Shown: positions 1-12,745 of the stretch, one piece after another | How positions within the stretch are numbered: the first letter of the stretch is position 1 | How the letters are laid out: each line of letters starts with the position of its first letter | From: Narcine bancroftii | Lineage: Eukaryota | Reading direction: 5' to 3' | Assembly (NCBI RefSeq): GCF_036971445.1 | Contig: NC_091469.1 | Coordinates: 288,982,001-289,046,000 of the forward strand | DNA: 64,000 bases | Notes under the pieces: generated by a model | Told to the model about the DNA's origin: nothing | Database searches by the model: none | The model's input: only the letters and a program-made list of their open reading frames with translations | Translations under genes and position numbers: made by a program

Positions 1-569
1 AATGTCCTTTTATTTCCACTGCCCATCAAGTTCGCTCGGACTTTCCCGTAACCATTTATACAAATCTATGCTCTTCCCTTCTTTTATTTTCCCACATTTC
101 TATCATTTCCCGCCCCCCCCCAGATTCTACGACTCACTGACACACAACAGCAATGGCCAGTAATCTACTTGCCCATATCTTGGAGATGCGAGAGGAAATT
201 GCAGCCTCCAGAGAAAGCTCGCATGGTCACAGCGAGAAGCTACGATTTGCACACGGACAGGGCCAGAGTTCAGGGCAGAAGCCAGACCACTGGAACTGGG
301 AGGCAGCAGCTCTCTTCATTGCCCCACTGTGAGTAAGCATTCATTATAGTGATAATAAAGTTAAGAACTGCCTGGAAGGAGAGTATCTCCAGATTACACA
401 ACCACAACTGAGAGAACCACGAGCAAAATATAACCATATAATTTCAGCCTGGCTTTACACATGGAAATTCGAGAAGCCCTTTCTGTTAGTCTGCCTTCTG
501 AAGTTATCATGTTTTATGAAACTTTGACAACTAGGATAAACCTTGATATAAACCGCCTTACAAAATAAA

Positions 570-900
570 CAAAAAACTCAAGTAAAAGATAAAGTGAGAC
601 TGTCTGTGCTTCATTGCCCAATCTGATGGCAGCGGGTAAGAAACTGGCCTTGCGCCACTGAGTGCTCGCATTTTCCCGATGGCAGCAGAGTGAAGAGGAC
701 ATGACTAGGTGGAGATCCTTGAGGATAGAGGCTGCTTTCTTAAGGCACCACTTTGCTCTCTAAGATACTGTACACCTGTAGAGGTTTTCAAGAGTCTTCG
801 GTGACATACTAAAACTCCTCACAAAGTATAGCCACTGGTGAGCCTTCTTCTTGATTCCATCAACCTGGAGGCTCCAGGACAGATCCTTGGGGACACTGAC
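570..900 (-). mobile_element. Degenerate Rex1/Babar LINE 3' fragment
   Basis: ORF piece DLSWSLQVDGIKKKAHQWLYFVR..PKTLENLYRCTV is the typical C-terminal region of Rex1/Babar ORFs. Confidence 0.75.
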
Positions 901-1809
901 ACTGTAACCCATCACAGGGAAATCTCCCAAGACTGGAAGATCTGAAAAATCCAGTTCCATCCAAAATAGTTGACAAACTGGTACATTTTCACTCAGAGTC
1001 TCTTCCTAAGGACTGGAAAATTGACAGTGATTCAAAATGACAAGGAGAGCTTGTGCTGAGTGAGAATCTCTGTCGTCTACTCCCACATAGGTGGACTGCT
1101 TCTCCGCAGTTCTGCACTTAAGCATTTATAGCAACACACAGCTAGTCACGCAATTTAATTCTAAAAGAGATGCATACCCAATGTTACATGTTAAAGTTTT
1201 ATTGTGACTTTTACTGATGTCAACCACATTTAAATTCATTAGCTGCAGCAGTGAAAAGTGGACAATTCTCTTTGAACGAGCAGTCAAGGTTCCTTTTATA
1301 TTGTCATGTAAAAATGCATTAAAAATGTAATATACATGATATACTTCGACTTTTGTCTGTCATAAGGCAAATGAAGAGTTGCCAAGCATTTCCCAGTGTC
1401 CCTGACAACAGGAGAAGCAAAAGAGAGTCTCTTCAGAGTTAATTTATGTTTTAAGTTCCTTTTGCCAGTAACGTCACTGCTATTTAAAAGTGGACATCAG
1501 GTGATTCTTTTTTCCTCCAAGGCTTGAGAATTTAAAGAATTCTCTTCCATGACAGACAATGGAAGCAGCTATTGAATGTATAAAGCAGAGGCAGAGAGAT
1601 ACAGGGGATGAAAGGGGACTATGGATAGGCAAAAATGCAGTGCAGAGATTACATCCAGATCAGCCATAATCTTATTAAATAACAAAGCAATGTTGAGAAG
1701 CTGAGTTGTCTATGCTTGTTCCTAATTATTATGTTCATTTTGAAAGACCTCGATGGGACTTTGTCTGTTGTGTTGCCAGTTTCCTGGCACTTCATTTGTT
1801 GAATTCCTG

Positions 1810-2420
1810 CATGTCAGAGGATCTGTCCTGGAGCCTCCACATTGATGCAATCACAACGAAGACTCGCCAGCAGCTACACTTGGTGAGGTGTCCGAGGAGA
1901 TTCGGTATGCCACCAAAGACTCTTGTAAACTTCTACAGGTGGACTGTGGAGAGCTTTCTGGCTGGTGTCATCACTGCCTGGTATGGAGGCACCAACTCTC
2001 AGGACAGGAATAAACTCCAGAGGGTTGTTAACTCAGCCTGTGACATCACGGGCACCAGACTTCACTCCATCGAGGACATCGACATGAGGCCGTGTCTTAA
2101 AAAAGCAGCCTCTATCCTCAAGGACCCCAACCATCCAGGCCTTGCCCTCTTCACTCTGCTACCATCAGGAAAAAAGTACAGGAGCCTGAAGACGAGCATT
2201 CAACGACACAAGGACAGCTTCTTCCCCGCTGGTATCAGATTCCTGAATAATCAATGAACCAATGACACGGCCTCACTTTTCGTGCCCTGTTATTGTTAAT
2301 ATTTTATTTTTTTATATTGTTGTTGTAAGATGGCTATAATCTGAATGTTTTCACTGTAACGCTGCTGCAAACCACTGAATTTCATGACTTGTTCATGACA
2401 ATAAATTTTGATTCTGATCC
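1810..2420 (+). mobile_element. Rex1/Babar LINE, 5'-truncated
   Basis: ORF SEDLSWSLHIDAI..FYRWTVES..LLPSGKKYRSLKT..DSFFP..RFLN*, then 3'UTR ending atgacaataaa and a GATTCT-like tail. Confidence 0.9.
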
Positions 2421-2741
2421 TGAACGGGAAATTAACTGGCACAAAAGAGGAGCAAAGATCAGCCAGGATCATGATGAATGGCAGGACAAGCTAAAGTAGC
2501 TTAATGGCCCACTTCTGTTCCCACTTCCTTGTGTGCTCTTGTGCAAAGCATTTTGTAATTGTTAAAGGTATCTGAAATAGTTATATATCTTTGTCTTATC
2601 TTTGCGATACAAGCTCATAGTATCTCACACAGCAATATCTAAGGTGGCCTTCAAAGGAAAATTATATTCCACAGGTTATAACCCCTTGGAGACTACAAAC
2701 TGTGAGATTTAATGGTCTCATATAAAAAAGGATGTATCCTG

Positions 2742-2971
2742 AAATTTAGACATACATCACAGTTACAGGCCATATTGGCCCATGAGTCAATGCCGCTCAA
2801 TTTACACCCGTTTGACCTACAACCCCTAGTATGTTTCGAATGGTGGGAGGAAACTGCAGCCCCTGTAGAGAACCCACAGACACGGGGAGAAAGTACAAAC
2901 TCCTTATAGACAACATGGGATTCGAACCCTGGTCCCAATCACTGGTGTTGTAAAGGTGTTGTTCTAACTGG
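2742..2971 (-). mobile_element. tRNA-derived V-SINE (HE1-like)
   Basis: Minus strand shows B-box GGTTCGAATCC, V-domain tctccccgtgtctg..tttcctcccacc and tail tgtatgtctaaattt. Confidence 0.85.
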
Positions 2972-3139
2972 GAGGCGGGTGGAGAGTCACTAGCGTGCGT
3001 CAACCTAGAAGCTACTGACACGGGAGGGAGTGGGGCAGGTCTGATGGCCAGGGATGGCCGTGACTGCATTGTGGGGAGGGGGGGGCACAGCACCTCATTT
3101 GGGGGGGGGGTTTGCAATGCCCGTGAAAGTCCCTCCCCC

Positions 3140-3305
3140 CTTAGTGATGTCCCTGAGAGGGAGGGAGGGAGAAAGAGAGCAAGAGGGCGAGTGGGAGAGA
3201 GAAAGAGAGAGAATGTGAGAGAGAGAGAGGGAAGGGGAGAGAAAGAGAATAGGGAGGGAGAGAGAGAGCATGAGTGGGAGAGGGAGGGGGGGGGGAGAGA
3301 GAAAT
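3140..3305. repeat. GA-rich low-complexity tract
   Basis: Long purine-rich run (gagagg, gagaga). Confidence 0.85.
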
Positions 3306-3823
3306 GGAAGTTGGGATGTAAGAACTGTCTCACTCTCCAGATATTCCCTGCTGCAAAATATCAGAGCTCTGTCAGAAGCATCAGGGGGCAATGAAAGGAA
3401 AAGAAGAAAATTGTCTCCGTCATTCTTTCTGTTCCTATTGTCTGCATTTAAAGAACTGTGCAGAAAAATTAATCCAACCTGATTTGAGGTGTGGTAGTTT
3501 CACAGTTTAATATTTGCCTTACATTGCTTTAGGTTTGAGTCAGCATGCTACCATTAATATTCCAAAGCAGGTTTTTTAAAATGTCCCTTTCTCTTCTCAT
3601 TTATTACATTTATTTTTGTAAAGGATTGCCTTGCCATTAATTGCAGAAAATGAATTGCACCAAAATTTATTTTTGAGTCATATTTAAAATGAACCATTAT
3701 CGGTAAAATGATTTTTATTTTAAAAAAGTTAATCAATTTCTGTGTAAGGGAATGAAGAACATTTGCTTTGTACATCTGTGGAATCAAAGACAATTGTTTC
3801 CAGGTCAAGTTCAATTCAAGTTT

Positions 3824-4762
3824 TTTTTGGCTTGGCTTCGCGGACGAAGATTTATGGAGGGGTAATGTCCACGTCAGCTGCAGGCTCGTTTGTAGCTGAC
3901 AAGTCCGATGCGGGACAGACAGACACGGTTGCAGCGGTTGAAAGGGAAAATTGGTTGGTTGGGGTTGGATGTTGGGTTTTTCCTCCTTTGTCTTTTGTCA
4001 GTGAGGTGGGCTCTGTGGTCTTCTTCAAAGGAGGTTGCTGCCCACCGAACTGTGAGGTGCCAAGATGCACGGTTTGAGGCGATATCAGCCCATTGGCGGT
4101 GGTTAATGTGGCAGGCACCAAGAGATTTCTTTAGGCAGTCCTTGTACCTCTTCTTTGGTGCACCTCTGACTCGGTAGCCAGTGGAGAGCTCGCCATATAA
4201 TACGATCTTGGGAAGGCGATAGTCCTCCATTCTGGAGACGTGACCTACCCAGAGCAGTTGGATCTTCAGCAGCATGGATTCGATGCTGTCGGCCTCTGCC
4301 ATCTCGAGTACTTCGATGTTAGGAATGAAGTCGCTCCAATGAATGTTGAGGATGGAGCGGAGACAACGCTGGTGGAAGCGTTCTAGGAACCGTAGGTGAT
4401 GCCGGTAGAGGACCCATGATTCGGAGCTGAACAGGAGTGTGGGTATGACAATGGCTCTGTATATCCTAATCTTTGTGAGGTTTTTCAGTTGGTTGTTTTT
4501 CCAGACTCTTTTGTGTAGTCTTCCAAAGGCGCTATTTGCCTAGGCGAGTCTGTTGTCTATCTCGTTGTCGATCCTTGCATCCGATGAAATGGTGCAGCCG
4601 AGATAAGTAAACTGGTTGACCGTTTTGAGTTTTGTGTGCCCGATGGAGATGTGGGGGGGCTGGTAGTCATGGTGGGGAGCTGGTTGATGGAGGACCTCAG
4701 TTTTCTTCAGGCTGACTTCCAGGCCAAACATTTTGACAGTTTCCGCAAAACAGGACGTCCTG
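3824..4762 (-). mobile_element. RTE-clade (BovB/RTE-X-like) LINE, 5'-truncated and young
   Basis: Nearly continuous ORF ..FGLEVSLKKTEV..FTYLGCTIS..QLLWVGHVSRMEDYRLPKIVLYGEL..CNRVCLSRIGLVSYKRAC. Flanked by 10-bp direct repeat ATTCAAGTTT (3814-3823 and 4763-4772). Confidence 0.92.
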
Positions 4763-5001
4763 ATTCAAGTTTATGGTCATGTTATACCTGGTGCAAGGAG
4801 AAGAGTTTGTTCCACCAAGCAATCCACAGGTAAACCCTAACAAACATTGTGCAATAGAAAGTGGAAGGGCCAGAGCACATTACAGTGTATACTGTTACAG
4901 TGAAAAGATCTATTAGTGCATAGCGAGGGCAGCAGTGGAACACTATGTACAATTAGATAATGAACTACTGTGAGGTCCATTCAGAATCCTAATGATTACA
5001 G

Positions 5002-5265
5002 CAGTGGTTCTCAACCTTTTTCTTTCCACTCACACATCCCACCTTAAGTAATCCCTATGCCATAGGTGCTCTGTGATTAGTAAGGGATTGATAAAGGTGG
5101 GATGTGGGTGGGAAGACAAAGTTTGAAAACCACTGTTTTAATCACCCCTAATTGACTTGTTATGTCCATGGTTTCTTAACTCCAAAGGAAATGGGCCAAT
5201 GACAATTTTTCCCAAGCAAAATATTTCAGTAACAATTGGGTCTAGAGCAGTGATTCTCAACCTCC
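5002..5265. mobile_element. hAT-type MITE (5002-5135), spacer, and start of a second MITE (5248)
   Basis: TIRs CAGTGGTTCTCAA...TTGAAAACCACTG with a palindromic body. The same structure recurs at about 48520-48615 and 62614-62973. Confidence 0.75.
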
Positions 5266-5299
5266 AGGCAAGTAAACCCATACTTAAGAATAGCATGTA

Positions 5300-5870
5300 A
5301 AATATTGTCATCTGTTTGTACATAGTCAACCTGACAAAACAGTGACTCTCCAGACCATAGTACTCATACACAGGCACACAGTACACCTGACATACATGTA
5401 GATACAAGTGATCCAAAATATGTTTAAAAATAATTGACAGGTTTCTAGGATTGTTCAACAGTTTCACTGCCTGTGGGAAGAAGCTATTCCCCTGCTGGAC
5501 AGTCCTGGTTTTTATGTTCCTGTACCTCTTCCTTGAAGGTAGTGTCTCAAAGATATGGTGGGCTAGGTGGTAAGGATCCTTGATGTTTCTCTGAGCCCTC
5601 TTTAAGCATCTCTCCCTGTAGATATTGTCGACAGAGAGAATGGAGACCCCAGTGATCTTCTCAGCAGTTTTAATCACCCGCCATGACCTCTGATCTGATG
5701 CTTTGTAGCTACCACACCATATTATGATGCAGCCACCCAAAGCACTCTCAGTTGTGCTGCTGTAGAACGTTGTTTGGATGGGGGCCAGTTGTCGCTCTCC
5801 CAAGTGTACAAGTGTAGACGCTGTTGCACCTTCCTGACTAATAAGGAGGTATTGTGGGTCCAGGATAGGT
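5300..5870 (-). mobile_element. Rex1/Babar LINE 3' fragment
   Basis: ORF FYSSTTESALGGCIIIW..ETLPSRKRYRNIKTRT..NSFFPQAVKLLN. Confidence 0.85.
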
Positions 5871-7029
5871 CTTCCCTGTTGCCTGTGGAAACAATTTCCA
5901 CCGATTCACCACCCTCTGGTTAGAGAAATTCTTCCACATTCCTGTTCTAAATGGAAGTTGATCCCTTTGGAAAATGACCTTTCTACATCTACTCTGTCCA
6001 ATGAATAAAGACCCAATCTACTCAATCTTTCTCTGTATTCTGAATGATCCCTGGTTCTGGGGCCAATTAAGTTTTCATAATCATCCTACTTGAGGTTAAA
6101 AAAAAGAGTGCAAAGTCAGATGGGTTGCACAGAAATGAAAGGTTGGCAGATTTGCCTTTTTCCTCTTGTAAATGATCCTGATTTAATCTGTTCTCAGGAG
6201 ACTGATAATGCTTTATCACCTGGAGCCTCAATTTTGGATCTCTTCTACCAGCAGATTGATTTGAAGGCACTGATCACTGGTGCTAAAACGTAGTTCTCTG
6301 TACTTATTCCATACTTTCTGTTGTTTTGACCCGATCGCTCAATGGCCCCAGAATATTCTGACATCATTGACACTTTTATTGAAGTATTAGATGGAGTGTC
6401 CGTTCGGGCAGACGCGGGAAGTTCGGTCCATTTATGTTGATGAAACTCGACCTTTGGTTCCAAGACGTGACCGTTGGGAAATAATAGTGGGAACTTTAGG
6501 GAAGAAACCCTGGAGATCTCTGAAATGAAGATGACCTCTATTTGAATCATCGTGGTCAGCTGGATAAGAAATAAGAAATATCTTTGCAAGCTATTAACGA
6601 CTGTGACTACTGCTTCATACTTTAACACACTAGTTAGACAAACCTGGTACAAACATTGATGTTATCTGGATTTCAATTTAAAAAACAATCTTTAGAGCAC
6701 AATATATCGAGAGATCTGATTTTGTCGCATGTGTACCACATTGTTGAACGTGAATGAATTTAACATGATGAGTTTATCATTGATCGATTATATAATTACA
6801 TTCAAGCTGGTTGGTTAATTCATGAATATAATGGTTGTATAATAAAATGACATAAATAAATGAATATAATGATAATGGGTTTATCATATAAATGGTACTG
6901 AATTTTTAAAAAAATTTAGACATACAGCAGCCAGCATATCAAAGGTTGCGGAGCTGAGTGAGAGAACTGAGAGTGGGTCAGACATGATGGGCTGAATAGT
7001 CTATTTCTGGGCCTATGCCTTCTGTTCTT

Positions 7030-7206
7030 AACAGCCACCCAAATGAACCTACAACCCCCTTATATTTTGAAGGGTGGGAGGAATACGGAGCGCCCGGAGG
7101 AAACCCACGCAGACACAGGGAGAACGTAGAAGCTCCTAGCAGACAGCACGGGATTTGAACCTGGGTCACTGGCACTGTAGTATCATTGCGTTAACCATAT
7201 CACCCC
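7030..7206 (-). mobile_element. V-SINE (HE1-like)
   Basis: + strand ggaggaaacccacgcagacacagggagaac..ggatttgaacc is the reverse complement of the SINE head and V-domain. Confidence 0.8.
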
Positions 7207-7414
7207 AATTCTTAATTGCTGCAGTCGAATAGATACTTTGTAAAGAAATAAGCAACTCCAATTGTATACATTAAATTGAAAAGAAATGAATAAATAAAAG
7301 AAAGTTTATAAAAATGTAATTACTAGAGAGCAAGAAAAGAAGTGGTGTTACAATAGCGCGGGCAATCATTGAGTAGTGTTACTGTCTGTGTACCACTGAA
7401 TTAACATTGTTAAT

Positions 7415-7606
7415 GGGCAATACGGTTAGCATACACTGTTACAGCAATGGGACTGGGTTCGAATCCCATGCTGACTGTAAGGAGTTTGTATGCTCTCCCC
7501 GTGTCTGGATACATTTCATTCAAGGGCTCCACCGGGGGGGTTGTAATTGGGCAGCATAAGGTCATGGGCTGAAATGGCCTGTTACCATGCTGTATGTCTA
7601 AATTTA
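7415..7606 (+). mobile_element. V-SINE (HE1-like), internally deleted
   Basis: B-box gggttcgaatccc, ggagtttgtatgctctccccgtgtct, tail gctgtatgtctaaattt. Confidence 0.8.
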
Positions 7607-8599
7607 CCCAAGATAGTCCCAGTTGTCTGCATGTGGTCCACATCCCTCTGAGTCCCCTATTCACATATCTGTCTCAAAGTGTTATAAATGTTACAGATGT
7701 CCTGGCCTTTATCATTTCCTCCACAAGCAGATTCTACCCGCCCACCACTTTCTGTGTCACGTTTAATAATAAAAAAGGAAGTTCCTGCTCGGGACCTCTT
7801 TAAATCTTACCCCTCGCTCCTTAAATCTATGTCCTCTCATTTTAGATTCACCCTGCCTGTGCCCCTCATGATCTTGTAAACCTCTACCCCAGACATTCTC
7901 AATGGGCATACTACAGCACCACCCCTCCACCCGGGGGCCACAGCACATTTGAGTAAGAACGAAAGACAACGAATTTCATGACATTCTTGCCAATACTGAC
8001 TCTGAAGCCTAACCTAACATAAATATTTTTTTAATGTAGTCAGAAGTACAGAAGAAACCAAAACTTGACTGCTTCACAGAGAAGGGGGTCACCAATGTTG
8101 AGCAAAGTCCGGGGGGGGGGGGGGGTGGGAGGGGAAGCACAGCTGAGAATAGGTTGAGAATGGCTGGAAAACGCACCAAGGGGAAAATTCCTAGCCCTCT
8201 CCTTATAATCTAAACTCTCCAATAATATTCTTATGCCTCTTTTCGGCACATTGTCCTGGATACGATCTTTCCTATAGCACAGTGACCAGGAGTGTGCGCA
8301 ATACTCCATCTGCTGTCTCACCAAACAGAATGTCTCTCAATCTATTCCAAAAATAGAATGGAAAAACAAGAAATGATTTTGCTGAATAAATTAAGGCCTT
8401 TGAGAGGTATGACTGCTTTGATGCTCCAAGAGCAAACTTTATGAAGCAGAAAGAAGGAATTTAGCAGGCTCGAGAAATCACTGATGGAGCTGGCATGAGA
8501 GCAGTGAATTGTTTATTGTCATGTGAACTAAGAGATGGTGACAAGCTTGTATGCATGCTGTCCAGGCAAGTCACCCCATACTTTAGTATAACAGGTGGT

Positions 8600-9405
8600 C
8601 CAGGCACAATCCAAATGCCATCTACAAATTTGCTGACAACATCACAGTCGGCGATGAGGAAGCGTATGGGAGGGAGATAGATCAGCTGGTTGAGTGGTGT
8701 CACAACAACAACCTTGCACTCAACGTCAGCAAAACTAAAGAATTGATTGTGGACTTCAGAAGGGGGAAGCCGGAAGAACACGACCCAGTCCTCATCGGGG
8801 TGGGAGGGGGTGGTGGGGGTCAGTAGTGGAGAGGGTCAAGAACTTCAAATTCCTGAGTGTCAACATCTCTGAGGATCTGTCCTGAGGCTTTCGTGTTGAT
8901 GCATTCATGAAGAAGGCTCGTCAGCAGCTATAATTCATGAGGAGTTTGAGGAGGTTTGGTTTGTCACCGAAGACTCTTGCAAATTTCTACAGGTGCACTG
9001 TGGAGAGCATTCTGACCAGTTGCATTACTCTCTGATATGGAGGTGCCAATACGCAGGGCGGGAAAAGATTATAGAGGGTTGTGAACTTGGCCAGTGCCAT
9101 CATGTGCATTATTGAGAGGCAGTGTCTCAAGAAAACAACCGCTATCATTAAGGACCATCACCATCAGAAAGGAGGTGCAGGAGCCTGAAGTCGAACACCC
9201 AATAGTACAAAAAAAGCTTCTTCCCCTCCGCCATCAGACTTCTGAATGGGCAATGAACCACAGACACGTCCTCACTTTCACTTCTTTGGATAAAATTTAC
9301 TTAATTTTTTAAAATGTAATTTATAGCAACATTTGCACTGTAACGCTGCTGCAAAACAATCAATTTTGTGACATGTTCATTATAAAAGATTTTGATTCTG
9401 ATATT
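8600..9405 (+). mobile_element. Rex1/Babar LINE fragment (end of RT to 3' tail)
   Basis: Reads ..KFAD..LVEWCHNNNLALNVSKTKELIVDFR..FKFL..SEDL..FYRCTVESIL; tail gattttgattctga. Confidence 0.88.
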
Positions 9406-9584
9406 CATATTAAAGTTGCTTGAGTTTATGGCACTGTTGCCAGGTCCTATAGAACAAACAGGAATATGCCCTCCTTACCACAAAGACATGCAAATGAGGT
9501 TTGATGGCTATGGTCAAATTAGACTAAACCTTGCACATGATACCTCTCCCTCCACCCTGCCAATACTTCCCATGCAGAAGACAT

Positions 9585-10400
9585 GAAGGTTGGAGGTGTC
9601 GTGGAAAGTGCAGAAGGTTGTCGTAGGTTTCAACAGGATAGAGATAGGATTTAGAGTTGGGCGGAAAAGTAGTAGATGGAGTTCAATCAGGGTAAGCGTG
9701 AAGTGATGGATTTTGGAAGGTCAAACTTGAAGGTGGAGTACATTGTAAATGGAAGGATTGTTAAGGGCCGAAGGATCTTGGAGTTCAAATCCATAGGTTG
9801 CTGTGCAGGTTATAGGGTAGTTAAGAAGACTTCTGGTGTGCTGTCTTTCATTAGTTGGGGGACTGAGTTCAAGAGCACCGAGATAACCTTGCAGTTCTAT
9901 AAAACTCTGGTTTGACCACACTTAGAATATTGTGCTCAGCTCTGGTCACCTCATTACTGGAAGGATGTGGAAGCTATGGAGAGGGTGCAGAGGACATTTA
10001 CCAGGATGATGGCTAGTTTGGAAAACATGTCTTATGAGGCAGGGTTAACAGAGCTAGGGCTTTTCCCTTTGGAGTGAAAAAGGATCAGAGGTGACTTAAT
10101 GGAGGTCTACAAGATTATGAGAGGTGTTTATAGGGTGGAAAGACAACATCTTTTTACCTGGGGTGACAGGAGCGAATACCAGAAGACATCTGAATAAAGT
10201 GAGGAGAGAAATGTTTGGGTGAGATATCAGGGTAAGTTTTTTTTACTCTGGGAGTAGTGGGTCTATTACCAGGTGTTGTAATGAAATCTGATACAATAGA
10301 GACATTTAAAATAGGGATACTTTAAAAGGGGCATGGATGTAAGGTTTATATAAGTTGCTACAACATTGTGGGCTGAAGGGCCTGTCCTTTGAGTCTGCAT
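9585..10400 (+). mobile_element. CR1 LINE 3' fragment
   Basis: K.GGVV..W...MEFN..K..VM.FG, YKTLV.PHLEYC.Q.WSP, ERVQR.FTRM motifs; tail gggctgaagggcctgt. Confidence 0.88.
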
Positions 10401-11535
10401 GGAACGTGACAGCAATGTCCTGTGCAGTTGCGTCATTACCTCCCTGCTCCTGTACTCTGTGCCCTGACTGATGAATGCCTTCTTCACCACCCAGCCTACC
10501 TGTGTCACCTCCCCAATGCCTGATCTTGATTCTCAGAAGCCCGGCACCAGGCCTTACACCATCAAGTCCAAGGAGGAACTCGCCTTATCCAACTACCCTC
10601 ACTTCGATGAATTCAGCAGCTTTCACTCTATACAATCCAGCAGGTCTGACAAAACTGCACAGGTCAGAATTTTCTATGTCTCAATGAGGGTCCCTCTCAT
10701 TCTTCTAAATTCCAAGAGTCCCTCTCCATCATTCAGTCCCAGGAATCAATCTGATGAACCTCACTGCTCTCCCTCAATATCAAGAATATCCTTTCTTAGA
10801 CTAAAACTGCCCACAGTACTTGAGGAACAGCCTCACCAAGGCTCTGTACATAGACAGACAGACCTCTCTGCTTCTGTATTGAAAACCTTTCACAATAAAG
10901 ACCGACATGTCATTCAGGGGGAGAAAATAATCTGCTCTCCTTGTTTAGGTTGGGTGATGATCTCCAACCCAAAGATCTGTTTTGCAAAAGCGAATCTATC
11001 TTTGGATGTGTCCTGGCTGACCTGGTCCTCAGCTGTAGATGCTTCCTCCTCAGCCTCCGAGGGTGACTCTCCTCTCCTGTGGCTCCCTTTCTCCCCAGCA
11101 TCTCCTGATGAAAATTAACTACTTTTTTCCCACGTTTGAGAGTTAAGAGAAACATTATGATAGGTTTGACCAAGTGGCACATTTGCATTTACAAAAAAAA
11201 CCTGGAAAAAGAGTTCCAATTACGAGCCCATGAGGAAAGAAATCCAATTTAAATTGTGTTGCTCTTGCAAAATAAAACTCACTCAGAACTCAGACAGAAT
11301 TCCTCAAGGAAAGAAATCCAGCTCATTAAGTGATGCATTATAAATCATTGTGTAGAACAATAGAGGACGTATTTTGTCTCTGAAGATTGTTCCTTGTAGC
11401 TCCTTCTTCTACAACAGCTCTTTCACAGTGGACTAAATGGGGTTTGCTGGGTTGATCCCCAATTTATAAAGATCAACACTTTGTTTGAATTGACAAAGAT
11501 TGAACGTTGGTATTCTTGCATGTAAAAGATCATTA

Positions 11536-11940
11536 CCATATATACTCTTGTAATAGTTGAGATGCGGGGACTAAATTTTCGGGTCAAATTTGGAGGGGTC
11601 ATCTTATCTACGGGTCATACTTTTGACTACAGCAAGTACCTGTGTTGTTCAAGGTGTGAGGAGCTTGGATGGCAGGAGCCAAGTATTAAGTCTGCATTTG
11701 GGGCATTGGGAACTCAGGTGGGCAGGTGGTTGGGACGAGGGTTCGCGGTTGGGGTGTTGGGTGCTCAGATGAGCATGGCCGGGTGGTAAGTCCACATTCA
11801 GGGCATTGAGAACTTTGTTGGGCAGGTGATCTGGGCCAAAAATAGGGACTTTCACATGGGATATACAGAAAACATGCGATTTGTAGGCCAAAAAAAAGGG
11901 TTGATTTTACACAGGATCGACTATTACATGAGTATATTCA
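11536..11940. mobile_element. Pogo/Tigger-like non-autonomous DNA transposon (MITE)
   Basis: Inverted termini TATACTCTTGTAATAGTTGA (11541-11560) and TCGACTATTACATGAGTATA (11917-11936), 18/20 complementary. Left end begins TA|CC(A)TATATACTC. Confidence 0.65.
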
Positions 11941-12104
11941 TTATTTATTTTAATTTTTTAATAGCAGGGGTGTTGAAAGAAGGCCAGGAAGGGGGAGGAA
12001 GTTTAAGGGAGATGCATAACGGCCAATATTTAGAGAGAGGTGCCTGGAATATGCTGGCAGGAGTGTTGGTAGAAGTAGGTTTGGAAGTAGCATTTGAGGC
12101 TTCA

Positions 12105-12745
12105 GGTTCAGATTTCAGATTTCAGGTTTATTGTCAGAGTATATATATGACATCATGTACAGCCCTGAGATTCCTTTATCCTGTGGGTGCAGCAGAATCA
12201 CCACTAATTGGTAGTGCAAAAAAAAATCTGTACTCAGCATATACATGTAAACAAACAAAGAACTTCAAACAGGTAATAAATGTAAACAAACTGACTGTGC
12301 AAAACAGAGAGAACAAAAGGAAAATCAATAAAGTGCCCAAGTAAGAGTCCTTAAATGAGTCCCTGATTGAGTTTGATGTTGAGGAGCCTGATGTTGGAGG
12401 GGGAGCAGCTGTTCCTGAACCTGGTGGTGCGAGTCTTGGGGCACTGATACCTCTTTCCTGATGGCAGCAGTGAGAACAGAGCATGTGCTGGGTGGTGTGG
12501 ATCCTTGATGATTGCTGCTGCTCTTCGACGGCAACGTTCCCTGTAGATTTTCTCGATGGTGGGGAAGGTTTTGCCTGTGATGTCCTGGGCTGTGTCCACT
12601 AGCTTTTGTAGGGATTTACACTAGTGGGTTTTGGGGTCCCCATAACCAGTCTGTGATGTAGCCAGTCAACACACTTTCCACCGCACAGCTGTAGACATTT
12701 GCCGGGGTTTCTGGTGTCATACCAAACCTCCACAAACTCCTTCCA
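12105..12745 (-). mobile_element. Rex1/Babar LINE 3' fragment (second subfamily)
   Basis: ORF DTAQDITGKTFPTIE..HPAHALFSLLPSGKRY..TTRFRNS; tail (ATCTGA)n. Confidence 0.88.

Noticed and set aside
1706-2257. 183-aa ORF as a host gene
   Set aside because: It is a Rex1/Babar LINE C-terminus present in many decayed copies across the window.
7415-7470. tRNA-like A/B boxes here and in other copies
   Set aside because: They are SINE heads followed by a V-domain and a LINE-derived tail, not tRNA genes.
10910-11104. RTRSAR motif reminiscent of the PTHrP C-terminus (PTH lies near SPON1 in tetrapods)
   Set aside because: I found no PTH, PTHrP or TIP39 mature-peptide motif in the window; a 5-residue match is not evidence.
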